Sequence record: MK327929.1
Source: Escherichia phage D5505
DNA: 64,000 bases
Strand: one strand, 5' to 3'
The stretch's first letter is position 1. Each line of letters opens with the position of its first letter. Below are positions 50,029 to 58,677 of the stretch, one piece after another. The notes beneath the pieces were generated by a model that had not been told where the DNA came from, did no database searches, and saw only the letters and a list, made by a program, of their open reading frames with translations. Made by a program: the position numbers and the translations under genes.

Positions 50029-50343
50029 CTAAAAGAAACTTCTTTCACAATTTTTTCCACTGAACCATGCGCTTACCGCTTTCTTAGTCTCAGGAGCAGT
50101 GTTATCCATAAACCATTCAAAGGCAGCCTTTTTATGATTCTGGAGGGCTTCTCGGGCTTTAATCTGCTCACGGTCTATTAACACTAACATATGAGCCTTT
50201 CTTGTCACCATGGGCTTCTTATGATTTTTTGAATACTCCCAGTCATTTGTCCATCGCATTGTCGTTGCGAACTTAAATACTGCTTCTTTAATTTTAGTTT
50301 CGTAAATTTCACGAGCCTTTGAGTATAACATCATTACCTCCAT
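50029..50343 (-). CDS. hypothetical protein
   Basis: 104-aa ORF. Confidence 0.45.
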   Translation of the reverse strand: MEVMMLYSKAREIYETKIKEAVFKFATTMRWTNDWEYSKNHKKPMVTRKAHMLVLIDREQIKAREALQNHKKAAFEWFMDNTAPETKKAVSAWFSGKNCERSFF

Positions 50344-50433
50344 TCACCAGTTTAATTCTAGTCATCTTTTTAATGGCAGTCCATATAATCTATTTCTGAA
50401 CTGCCTTTTTGTCATAGAAGTCCTCTTATGAAT

Positions 50434-51420
50434 TTATTTCAGAAGAGTAACCTCAGCGATTTCTTGCCAACCGTTTTTGTCGGTCATAATAAAGTCAGCA
50501 AGATAAAGTGCAGTACGCAGTGAAACATTGCGTAAACGGTTAACATTGACTTTCATCCATGATAATGCTTTATAAGTTTCTTCATCAGAAAGACCGCGCT
50601 TTTGCATCATGTCAGTTGAAAGAATAACATCTTCAACCCTGACCATAATTTCTTCATTAGTGTGAACACCCAAATCCAAATAAACCGAGCGGGACACTAA
50701 TGCTTGTAAATGTGGAGCAAGTTTAGTACCACGGTCTAATTCGCGGTCAATGTCAACGTTTGTGATAAAAACAATCGTTCCTTTAAATTCAAACTCACGC
50801 TCAATGCCTTTTTCTTCTAAGTAAGAAGATGCGGTGCTCCAGCAGACTTTACGGGTCTCTCCAGTGTCCAGAGCAGCTTTCAGAAGATTAAGAATGTCCA
50901 TATCAGAGAAAACATCCACATCATCAATCAAAAGGACAGAATTCTCTTCACGATTATTCCAAAGTTGTTCATAAAGACCGATACCGGAGATTTTACCGTT
51001 AATGCTTTTATATTCAATGTATCCATTATCATTTGCTTTATTCAAAGCTTTATCTAAAGAATACGTTTTACCAATACCCGCCGCACCAGAGATAATTAAT
51101 GAACGAATGTTTCCGTTAATAATACCATTCGTCATCATTCCCATAACATTAAATCTTTTATTAATGCGGGTTTTCATATCTTCATATGATTCTTTAACTT
51201 CTTCAACTTTTACACCATCATATGAAATGTCTGATTTGTAAACCCAAACACCGCGACGCTTACCGTCAATTTCAACAAAAACTTTACCATCTCCTTGTGC
51301 ATCTACCGGAGCATTATCTGGGAACCATTCACCTAAGAGCTCAAAAGTTCCAGAGATTTCTTTACCGAAGTAGATACCCTTATTGATAGTTACAGTTTTC
51401 ATTTTATTCTCCAATCTCAC
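50434..51420 (-). CDS. P-loop ATPase (AAA+-like) of unknown function
   Basis: 328-aa ORF; Walker A GAAGIGKT, Walker B LLIDDVD. Confidence 0.6.
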   Translation of the reverse strand: MRLENKMKTVTINKGIYFGKEISGTFELLGEWFPDNAPVDAQGDGKVFVEIDGKRRGVWVYKSDISYDGVKVEEVKESYEDMKTRINKRFNVMGMMTNGIINGNIRSLIISGAAGIGKTYSLDKALNKANDNGYIEYKSINGKISGIGLYEQLWNNREENSVLLIDDVDVFSDMDILNLLKAALDTGETRKVCWSTASSYLEEKGIEREFEFKGTIVFITNVDIDRELDRGTKLAPHLQALVSRSVYLDLGVHTNEEIMVRVEDVILSTDMMQKRGLSDEETYKALSWMKVNVNRLRNVSLRTALYLADFIMTDKNGWQEIAEVTLLK

Positions 51421-51471
51421 ATTCGTTTTGATAGGGTAATAGTATCACACTACTACCCTTCTGTAAACAAT

Positions 51472-51735
51472 TTATTTTAACGTTCGCCAAATTTTTACTG
51501 CTTCACGGCGAGATACTTCTACAGCTCCAAGTTCTACAGCTTTTTGGCGTCGGCGAGCGTGTAAGTCATAATGTTTAATGCGTTTATCTTGAAACCAAGA
51601 ACGTTTCATTCCTATTGCTTCTGCCATTTCATGAAGCTCTTCAATATCTCCATCAGTGAACATATGACAATTTTTAGTTGGATGACCGCGAAGTTTCCAT
51701 CCATGATTCATTAAAACATCTACGTAAACTGTCAT
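51472..51735 (-). CDS. hypothetical protein
   Basis: 87-aa ORF. Confidence 0.45.
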   Translation of the reverse strand: MTVYVDVLMNHGWKLRGHPTKNCHMFTDGDIEELHEMAEAIGMKRSWFQDKRIKHYDLHARRRQKAVELGAVEVSRREAVKIWRTLK

Positions 51736-51881
51736 TGATTCTTCTCCAAATAAGTTTCGATAATTTTCTGAGCGAGATAAACTGCATTATCTTCAGTTGC
51801 ATCTTCTAAGAAACTTTCAAAACACTCTGAAATTTCTTCTGTGTCAATCAACTTTTTTACTTCAATTGGTGTAATTTTCAT
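51732..51881 (-). CDS. hypothetical small protein (start reassigned to ATG 51879-51881, about 49 aa)
   Basis: ORF-track start 51950 lies inside promoter 51919-51948. Confidence 0.35.
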   Translation of the reverse strand: MKITPIEVKKLIDTEEISECFESFLEDATEDNAVYLAQKIIETYLEKNQ

Positions 51882-51918
51882 TTTGTTTTTCCGTTTAAGT
51901 GTTTGTTTTGATAGTTGT

Positions 51919-51948
51919 ATAGTACCATAAAGCTTTATGCTTGTAAAC
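51919..51948 (-). promoter_or_regulatory. T4-early-type promoter (GTTTAC..18..TACTAT)
   Basis: minus-strand motif just downstream of terminator 51973-51996. Confidence 0.5.
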
Positions 51949-51972
51949 AATTTTGTGAAAAATTTTTGAAAT

Positions 51973-51996
51973 AAAAAAGGGAGCCCGAAGGCTCCC
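51973..51996 (-). terminator. rho-independent terminator after the 337-aa nucleotidyltransferase gene
   Basis: gggagcc-uucg-ggctccc hairpin followed by TTTTTT on minus strand. Confidence 0.7.
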
Positions 51997-51998
51997 TA

Positions 51999-53012
51999 TC
52001 ATTTATAATAACTTCGGTGGTTTTCAAGATAAACCCTCTCAAGGAAGTCATCCCAAAAACCCATGTCTACTTTTTGCTGCATACCGTTCTTAGAAGCTTC
52101 AGTAGATGCTGCTTCTACTTGATCGACCACATCTTCCAAAAACTCTTGAACCGTTTTAAATGGATGTTTACCCAACTTCACGTCGAGAATAAATGGAGCA
52201 TCTTGGAGTGGATAAACCAAGTCACCAGTTTTGTAAATTTCCAATAGTTGGAGTCCACCACGGCAAGCATGACTCAGAGCTTTCCAGTCAATACCTTCAT
52301 TGGCTTCGGCCTTACGAGCACGTTCACCGTATTCAGCATCTAATTTGTTCAGTGACTGCTTAAGCTCAATAAGAGAAAGCGTTGTCTGATATTTACGACC
52401 CAACACTGTGTAGAACGTCTGTGGGCCTGTTTTCTCATGATTATGGAACACCCATTCACAGAATTCGTTTTCTGGAAGACGATGCTTAATATCTTCAACT
52501 TTAGTACGACGCTGCTTAATAGAACCATCTTCTTGGTAATCAACCCACTGCTCAGGGATTTGATTAACTACTTTCAATACATCACGTAATGCAGCCAAAC
52601 GAGAACCCTTAACGCCGTATTTAGAAGCTTGCTTACGGACATATCCTAAATAGGATTTCATGTTAGTCGTATAAAAACGAGAACGGTTGTCTTGAATAAA
52701 CTTCCACACATCAGGCAAATCAGATTTAACCACTAGTTCAGGTGGAGTGTGAAGCATATCTAACGCTACAGTTTCACCATCTGCTGCTAATTTAAAGAAA
52801 TATTTAAGACTGTATAGTTCATGGTCAATATCATCTTTAGTGTTTTTAGATGATGTGTTGTTAGTGTTTTTACTCATGTGCTCTTTAACATTTCCGATAA
52901 GAATATCACGAGCAGGAGGAACAAAGATTTCTTTAAAATCTACATCAGATTCTGGGGTAGAAGTTCCATAAAGATGACTACCAAAATAGCTTTTCATTAC
53001 TGTTTTCATCAT
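51999..53012 (-). CDS. nucleotidyltransferase-fold protein (Pol-beta superfamily), function unknown
   Basis: 337-aa ORF; N-terminal GSHLYGTSTPESDVDF fits the minimal nucleotidyltransferase signature GS-x9-13-DxD. Confidence 0.6.
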   Translation of the reverse strand: MMKTVMKSYFGSHLYGTSTPESDVDFKEIFVPPARDILIGNVKEHMSKNTNNTSSKNTKDDIDHELYSLKYFFKLAADGETVALDMLHTPPELVVKSDLPDVWKFIQDNRSRFYTTNMKSYLGYVRKQASKYGVKGSRLAALRDVLKVVNQIPEQWVDYQEDGSIKQRRTKVEDIKHRLPENEFCEWVFHNHEKTGPQTFYTVLGRKYQTTLSLIELKQSLNKLDAEYGERARKAEANEGIDWKALSHACRGGLQLLEIYKTGDLVYPLQDAPFILDVKLGKHPFKTVQEFLEDVVDQVEAASTEASKNGMQQKVDMGFWDDFLERVYLENHRSYYK

Positions 53013-53470
53013 TCAGCCTTATATTCAATAACAGGACATACTTTAGCTTTACGAGCTTTTAAAAATTCAACGATAATCGATTTCTTGGGTTGAATAGGAG
53101 GTAAACCTTTATACGCCCTATCAATATTTTCTACGTGTAAAGCATAATCCTTTTTCCATTTATAATCTTTATATTTTTCACGCAGTTGTGCAGGAATAAC
53201 AAATGAACCGATAATAAGTAAAACAAGCAAAATGGCAAGTATAAATGCCGATGGAAGAAGAGTCCATAAACTACCAAAAATAAGCCATTTCTGTATGATT
53301 TCTGCACAGATAATAGTTAGACCTGCGAGTATAGTACATCCGAAAAAAGAAACGAAAAATGTAGGGATAACAATAGACCAAAAGTATGCACACAGTGTCT
53401 TAGGTCGTTTCCATTCGTCGTTAAACAGTTTGAATAATTTATAGTGCCAAGAGTTTTCATTAATAATCAT
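53009..53470 (-). CDS. integral membrane protein (about 3 TM segments)
   Basis: 153-aa ORF; 4-nt overlap with the nucleotidyltransferase gene. Confidence 0.5.
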   Translation of the reverse strand: MIINENSWHYKLFKLFNDEWKRPKTLCAYFWSIVIPTFFVSFFGCTILAGLTIICAEIIQKWLIFGSLWTLLPSAFILAILLVLLIIGSFVIPAQLREKYKDYKWKKDYALHVENIDRAYKGLPPIQPKKSIIVEFLKARKAKVCPVIEYKAE

Positions 53471-53472
53471 AA

Positions 53473-53994
53473 TTATCCTTTCATTGAAGGTGTAACAGTT
53501 GTTAAATACTTAATCATAGCTTCAGCTTCTGATTTTGATAATGAAATTTCTTCATTGTTTTGACGAATAGAAATAAAATCCGGATGACGGTCACCACCAG
53601 CTTTTAAAACACACATATAAGTATCAGTTTCATCTTCAATATCTGAAATGATTGAAGCAGTTCCACATGAATGTGGTTTTTGATAAATCAATACAGCTTT
53701 TCTTCCACCGTTTGACTGTTCATAAACTTTTAACACATCAAACAAATCGCTTCTTTTATCAATAGCTAAGATGTTGTTTTCATCTTCAATATTAAATCCT
53801 TCGGATACTTCATAAAGTGTCACCCATAAATCACCAATATCAATAACAGCGTTCACTTTTCCATGACTTTCAAGAGCATTACAAATTTTCTTAATTTCAT
53901 CATAACTCATTTTAATAATATCATCTCCTTGAATAAGGAAGATGTCATTTTTAAATTCAATACGAATTAAACCACTTCCACTTGAAATAAACAT
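53473..53994 (-). CDS. hypothetical protein (paralog of 54001..54558)
   Basis: 173-aa ORF; C-terminal KSEAEAMIKYLTTVTPSM resembles TKDEAIALKTYLDSVIPTM. Confidence 0.5.
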   Translation of the reverse strand: MFISSGSGLIRIEFKNDIFLIQGDDIIKMSYDEIKKICNALESHGKVNAVIDIGDLWVTLYEVSEGFNIEDENNILAIDKRSDLFDVLKVYEQSNGGRKAVLIYQKPHSCGTASIISDIEDETDTYMCVLKAGGDRHPDFISIRQNNEEISLSKSEAEAMIKYLTTVTPSMKG

Positions 53995-54000
53995 ATTTCC

Positions 54001-54558
54001 TCACTTTGAAATCATAGTTGGAATGACAGAATCGAGATAAGTCTTTAGCGCAATAGCTTCGTCTTTGGTAAATGTGACAATATGTGATCGAAAATCGTCG
54101 ATTTGGCGAATAGTTAAGACATCTCCCTCTTCATAACATTTTGATACGTTTAAAACAGTTTCATCATTCTGATTGCAAGCGTTAGTAATAATAGCATTGC
54201 AATTTTTGAGCCATTTTAAACTATGTTTTCTTTCATTAGAATAATAAAAATATTTAATCTTATCTATAAAACTATCCCAATGGATAACTGATAAACACAT
54301 TGACTCACTTTTAATATTAAATCCTGGGCATGAAGAATAAAAATGAATTTTGTGCTCATCATTGATGCTTACTATTTTATCAGTATAAGGATATTCAATT
54401 TGGGTTAAATGAATGATTTCACTAGGCGTAAAATATAGCATATCGTCTTCTTGTGTCAAACGATACATATTATTTACTTTTTCTATAGCTAATTCACCAA
54501 AAAGCGGACTAACTTCTAATACTAATCGTTTCATATTGATTCTCTTCGACTCACTCAC
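54001..54558 (-). CDS. hypothetical protein (paralog of 53473..53994)
   Basis: 185-aa ORF. Confidence 0.5.
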   Translation of the reverse strand: MSESKRINMKRLVLEVSPLFGELAIEKVNNMYRLTQEDDMLYFTPSEIIHLTQIEYPYTDKIVSINDEHKIHFYSSCPGFNIKSESMCLSVIHWDSFIDKIKYFYYSNERKHSLKWLKNCNAIITNACNQNDETVLNVSKCYEEGDVLTIRQIDDFRSHIVTFTKDEAIALKTYLDSVIPTMISK

Positions 54559-54693
54559 AATTACATACTCCTTTGAATAATATCAATAATGTTGTTCACC
54601 AGATTATAAGTAAACATTGGGTAATTATATTGAATCATTACATACACAACAAACAAAACTTTCATTCTCTTCTCCTTGACAGTTGACAAGATT

Positions 54694-54723
54694 ACTATAC
54701 CATAACCTTGCCAACTTGTAAAC
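54694..54723 (-). promoter_or_regulatory. T4-early-type promoter (GTTTAC..18..TATAGT)
   Basis: minus-strand motif in the 330-bp intergenic region upstream of 54001..54558. Confidence 0.45.
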
Positions 54724-54888
54724 CGTTAAATGTTGTTTTCAATAAAATTCTGAAGCTTTGTGTGAGCATCAACCATGATTTTCATTTCTTCTTTGGCGAA
54801 AGCTGTACCTCTTTCCCGAGAAGAACACTCATAGTCAGAAACTGCATTAGCATATTCTTCAATTAGTTTCATTAAAAACATCTGCTTT

Positions 54889-55083
54889 TCAGTTTTCATT
54901 GTTCCACCTAATCATTTCAAGATATTGAACTAACTTAGCTTTAGATTTATCCAAATCCTTTTTAGCTGCTTCTATACCATCGTATGAATATCCTTCACAA
55001 TGCTCAACTGCTAATTGATATGAATCTATTTCAATATCACGTGCTAATTTAATGATTTTTTCAAACTGTTCGCGTGTTAGCAT
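54889..55083 (-). CDS. hypothetical small protein
   Basis: 64-aa ORF. Confidence 0.4.
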   Translation of the reverse strand: MLTREQFEKIIKLARDIEIDSYQLAVEHCEGYSYDGIEAAKKDLDKSKAKLVQYLEMIRWNNEN

Positions 55084-55085
55084 AC

Positions 55086-55325
55086 TTACACTCTCGTATT
55101 ATGATCGATAATTTCATCAAGAAACATATCTAACGCTTCTATAGCATTATCCACTTTAGTTTCAAAGTCTTTAATGCCTTTATTCGAAATACCCGATGAA
55201 TACCAAGCAAAGTCAATCAGCTCTTCATCTGCTTTGCGAATTGAAGCCACTAATTCCTTAATTTTATCTGCTTGTTCAATGCTAGTCATTATTCCACCAC
55301 ATATGAAAGAGAGAATATTGCACAC
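55086..55325 (-). CDS. hypothetical small protein
   Basis: 79-aa ORF. Confidence 0.4.
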   Translation of the reverse strand: MCNILSFICGGIMTSIEQADKIKELVASIRKADEELIDFAWYSSGISNKGIKDFETKVDNAIEALDMFLDEIIDHNTRV

Positions 55326-55477
55326 GCCATATGAGTTGCAGCTTCATCACACATATCATAACGTTTCTTAAGAAGTTCTACAAGTTCTTCACTAGTAACT
55401 TCATCCATGTCGACGAAAAAATCACCATTAATGATGACGTAGATATTTCCTTCTTGATTAAGTGCTTCAATTTTCAT
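55289..55477 (-). CDS. hypothetical small protein (start reassigned to ATG 55475-55477, about 62 aa)
   Basis: ORF-track start 55522 lies in the promoter spacer; GAGGAG SD before the internal ATG. Confidence 0.4.
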   Translation of the reverse strand: MKIEALNQEGNIYVIINGDFFVDMDEVTSEELVELLKKRYDMCDEAATHMACAIFSLSYVVE

Positions 55478-55505
55478 GATGTTCTCCTCTTTATCCGATA
55501 GTTGT

Positions 55506-55535
55506 ATAGTATCACAGCTCAAATGGAAAGTAAAC
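55506..55535 (-). promoter_or_regulatory. T4-early-type promoter (GTTTAC..18..TACTAT)
   Basis: immediately downstream of terminator 55546-55568. Confidence 0.5.
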
Positions 55536-55545
55536 CGGTAAAATG

Positions 55546-55568
55546 AAAAAAGTCTCCCGAAGGAGACT
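55546..55568 (-). terminator. rho-independent terminator (agtctcc-UUCG-ggagact plus T-run)
   Basis: perfect stem, UUCG tetraloop, TTTTTTC on minus strand; follows the rI.-1-position ORF. Confidence 0.75.
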
Positions 55569-55572
55569 AATG

Positions 55573-55959
55573 TTATTCGAGGGAAAGAAGATATTTACTC
55601 TGGTAAAACACCCCAGTAATATCATCTATCGTGCTTTGAATGGCTGGAGGCATTTCTTTATAAATGCTGTTAGATTGGTCTAGTATGCGATCAATCATTT
55701 TAATTGTGTCGGTAGGAAGTTTACTGGCATCTGGAATAGAAGGCGTGTATTTTCTACCAGAATACCCCAAATATTGCTCACCAAATTTATCAATCAAATC
55801 TGGCAACTCAGAGAAAATAAAATCGTATGCTTTGTGTCTAGCATAACTTTTAGTTTCAAAATGCGCAGAATGAAAATAAGCTTGTGCAGCCATTAATAAA
55901 CCTAAGTATTCATCTGCCTTTGAAGGTTTTCCACTTTGTGAAAAGTCGCTGAATTTCAT
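55573..55959 (-). CDS. hypothetical protein at T4 rI.-1 position
   Basis: 128-aa ORF, 4-nt overlap with rI. Confidence 0.5.
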   Translation of the reverse strand: MKFSDFSQSGKPSKADEYLGLLMAAQAYFHSAHFETKSYARHKAYDFIFSELPDLIDKFGEQYLGYSGRKYTPSIPDASKLPTDTIKMIDRILDQSNSIYKEMPPAIQSTIDDITGVFYQSKYLLSLE

Positions 55960-56249
55960 TCAGTCTCCAATTTAATGTTCATAATTCTAGCGTATGATTG
56001 TGCCATCTCCGCGCCTCGCTCTATACATTCAAAATCGGAAGAGCACGGGTCATTTTTATAAGTCGTTCGCATAAAACTATAGAACTGTTCAGATGATTCT
56101 ACGCTTTTGTTTTCAAAAAGCATATAAACGTGTCTAATACCAGATTCCATAAATTTATCAAAATGAGGATCGACATTCGCTTCAATTGGTGGAGATAAAG
56201 CAAACGCTAATCCTAGCATGGCAAATAGTGCCGTTGCTTTTAAGGCCAT
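55956..56249 (-). CDS. rI: lysis inhibition regulator RI
   Basis: 97-aa ORF recognisable as T4 RI; N-terminal signal-anchor then periplasmic domain. Confidence 0.85.
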   Translation of the reverse strand: MALKATALFAMLGLAFALSPPIEANVDPHFDKFMESGIRHVYMLFENKSVESSEQFYSFMRTTYKNDPCSSDFECIERGAEMAQSYARIMNIKLETE

Positions 56250-56261
56250 AAAGGCCTCCTA

Positions 56262-56474
56262 TCATTTTTGTCCTGTATTTACTTTATGCCGATGCACGGC
56301 CTTAACTTTATCAAGGTATTTTTCAAAATTTCGCAATCTAGTATAGTCTGCCGGAGATTGGTTGAGTGATACTTCTCGACGCAAAGCTGAAATGATATTT
56401 CCAACTTCCCTACGAATTTCATCTAATTGAAGAACAGTAAGATTGCGAAGTTGCTTTTCAGTTAATTGTAGCAT
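56262..56474 (-). CDS. hypothetical small protein (rI.1 position)
   Basis: 70-aa ORF. Confidence 0.45.
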
Positions 56475-56516
56475 ATATACCCCTTTAGTTAGATAAACCT
56501 ATTTATAACTTTTGCA

Positions 56517-57098
56517 CTAACCGAGCTTTTTAGTTAATTCATTCCAATGTTTTCTACACAAAGAAACATAAATTTCATCACCAATACAGATTTGATTACC
56601 TTCTTTAACTGGTGTTCCATCTTCCATTAATCGAGCTGTCATAATAGCTTTTTTACCACAATGACAAACTGCCTTTAGTTCAATAAGTTTATCTGCAATC
56701 GCCAAAAGTTCTTTAGAACCTTCAAATAATTTTCCAGCGAAATCAGTCCTTAGCCCATAAGCCATAACAGGAACATTATATGTATCAACAATTCGACTTA
56801 ATTGATGCACCTGTTCAGTTTTTAAAAACTGAGCTTCATCTACAAATACACAATGAATATCTTTTTGTGCTTCAGCCCATTTATAGAACTCAAAAATATC
56901 CATATCATCCGTAATAATATTCGCTTCCTGCTTAATTCCAATGCGAGAAACGACTTCACAGACAGAATCGCGAGTATCAATAGCAGGCTTAAGAACTAAT
57001 ACACCCATTCCGCGTTCTTTATAATTATGTGCAGCAGTCAAAAGAGAAGCAGATTTTCCAGCATTCATTGCTGCGTAAGTAAAAATTAAACTCGCCAT
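56517..57098 (-). CDS. tk: thymidine kinase
   Basis: 193-aa ORF, same length as T4 Tk; P-loop AAMNAGKS and C-terminal zinc ligands. Confidence 0.88.
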   Translation of the reverse strand: MASLIFTYAAMNAGKSASLLTAAHNYKERGMGVLVLKPAIDTRDSVCEVVSRIGIKQEANIITDDMDIFEFYKWAEAQKDIHCVFVDEAQFLKTEQVHQLSRIVDTYNVPVMAYGLRTDFAGKLFEGSKELLAIADKLIELKAVCHCGKKAIMTARLMEDGTPVKEGNQICIGDEIYVSLCRKHWNELTKKLG

Positions 57099-57107
57099 AT
57101 CACCTTC

Positions 57108-57293
57108 TTAAAGCATATTCACATAAGCTATTAATTCGTTTTCTTTCTTATCAAACCGATCAGCAAATTCTTCTTGCTGATCGGGAGATAGCGGGCCGTA
57201 TTCATCATAAAAGGTGTTTGCTTCTGTATGCTCATCTAGAAGTTCATGGATAAGCTCAAACAATTTATCTTTTTGTTCTTTACTCAGACTCAT
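57108..57293 (-). CDS. hypothetical small acidic protein (tk.1 position)
   Basis: 61-aa ORF. Confidence 0.45.
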   Translation of the reverse strand: MSLSKEQKDKLFELIHELLDEHTEANTFYDEYGPLSPDQQEEFADRFDKKENELIAYVNML

Positions 57294-57459
57294 ATATTAA
57301 TTTCCAGGAGTTTTAAAATAATTCGCTTTTGCTTAAATATTTCCATAGTTAAATGACCAGTATCTTTTTGACCGATTCCAATGGCAAAACCTTTATTGAC
57401 AGCGAGTTCAATTAAATTATCAAGCTCACGTAACACTTCATACTGTAACTCAAAACTAT

Positions 57460-57672
57460 TCATTTCGGTTTACCTTCTTTAACGAAATCTGGATAAGGAT
57501 AAAATCCCGAATAAAATCCTTCACCTTTATGATTGATGCATCCTTTATTAGAACAATAGCACCAATAATCGAAATCACAAGCCATTTCATCGTTGCATAA
57601 AGCAAAAACAACTGGCCATTTACACTTTTCACAATGGGCATTTTTAAGAATACTAGTTTGGCTCATAACCAT
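57460..57672 (-). CDS. hypothetical Cys-rich small protein (tk.2 position)
   Basis: 70-aa ORF with multiple Cys pairs; preferred over overlapping 57456..57641. Confidence 0.4.
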   Translation of the reverse strand: MVMSQTSILKNAHCEKCKWPVVFALCNDEMACDFDYWCYCSNKGCINHKGEGFYSGFYPYPDFVKEGKPK

Positions 57673-57890
57673 GTAACCTTTAAGCAGTATTCTTCTACAT
57701 GCTGTTTACGACCTTTCTTATCAATAAAGGTATATTCAACGAATGTTCCAATGTAGTCTTTATCTACATCATGCGGACTATTAATTGGACATTTAGTACG
57801 GCAAATGCGTTCCCATTGACGAATAATTTCCACTTTGTTTTTAGGATCAAACGGATGCGGGTAATGTACTTTCATAATAATGGTTCCCAA
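57663..57890 (-). CDS. hypothetical small protein (tk.3 position)
   Basis: 75-aa ORF. Confidence 0.45.
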   Translation of the reverse strand: MGTIIMKVHYPHPFDPKNKVEIIRQWERICRTKCPINSPHDVDKDYIGTFVEYTFIDKKGRKQHVEEYCLKVTWL

Positions 57891-58339
57891 TCAACAATCA
57901 CAATTTCTAATTTAGAGGAATATGTATCTAAAATCCCCTCAATAATATCCCAGTTCCCTTTACCTATGCCTGCACCAATCCTAGGCATATAGATTGTAGG
58001 TTTAATCAGTTTATTTTCACCAAACTCATTTAATTCTAACATACAATTCATTAAAGCAGAGTACTCAAAATTCGGTCCAGGTTCGAACTGTGTGTAAAGA
58101 TTAAAGCAATAAGCTTTATGAGTTCTGAAATATTTTTCGTAAACCGAATAAGAACCGAGTTTAGTTTCATCTCCCCATTCAGTTTGCAATTTGTCGGCTT
58201 CCAAAATCTTAGGAAAAGCTTTAGCTAATTGACCAGCTACTCCTGATCCCATCGTGTGGAAACAGTTACAACCATGAGCGATATTTTTACCTTCAGCGAA
58301 AAGGGCGACAATATCGCCCTTGATATATTTTACAATCAT
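57872..58339 (-). CDS. macro-domain protein (ADP-ribose binding/processing fold), tk.4 position
   Basis: 155-aa ORF; IKGDIV...NIAHGCNC...MGSGVAGQL and IGAGIGKGNWDIIEGIL match macro-domain signature regions. Confidence 0.55.
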   Translation of the reverse strand: MIVKYIKGDIVALFAEGKNIAHGCNCFHTMGSGVAGQLAKAFPKILEADKLQTEWGDETKLGSYSVYEKYFRTHKAYCFNLYTQFEPGPNFEYSALMNCMLELNEFGENKLIKPTIYMPRIGAGIGKGNWDIIEGILDTYSSKLEIVIVDWEPLL

Positions 58340-58677
58340 CTAGTACTCAATCCTCGATTATAAGAATCTACTAAACGGTCAACCATTGAATGACAAGCGG
58401 CTTTATCTTTCTCCTCCGCAACTGAACATTCTAAAGTATTCCACTTTTTAGCATATCGTTTTAACAATGTATCATTTTTATATCTGCTTGATTTATCTCT
58501 TTCTCCGTCTTTGTATGCATATATTAATTTCTGCGCAAATTCAGCTTGGCATGCTTTATTTTTCCCACAATAATCCGCGGCAGTACGGTTTACATACTCT
58601 CTAATTTCAGTATATGATGTATCTGCTAACACAGAAAATGAAATTAATCCTATACATAAAACCAAAATTTTAGTCAT
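58336..58677 (-). CDS. hypothetical protein with signal-peptide-like N-terminus (T4 vs position)
   Basis: 113-aa ORF; a hydrophobic N-terminus is unexpected for a valyl-tRNA-synthetase modifier, so identity is open. Confidence 0.45.
   Translation of the reverse strand: MTKILVLCIGLISFSVLADTSYTEIREYVNRTAADYCGKNKACQAEFAQKLIYAYKDGERDKSSRYKNDTLLKRYAKKWNTLECSVAEEKDKAACHSMVDRLVDSYNRGLSTR

Noticed and set aside
57456-57641. 61-aa ORF overlapping 57460..57672 in another frame
   Set aside because: Two frames cannot both be coding across nearly the whole length; kept the longer Cys-rich frame, though neither is certain.
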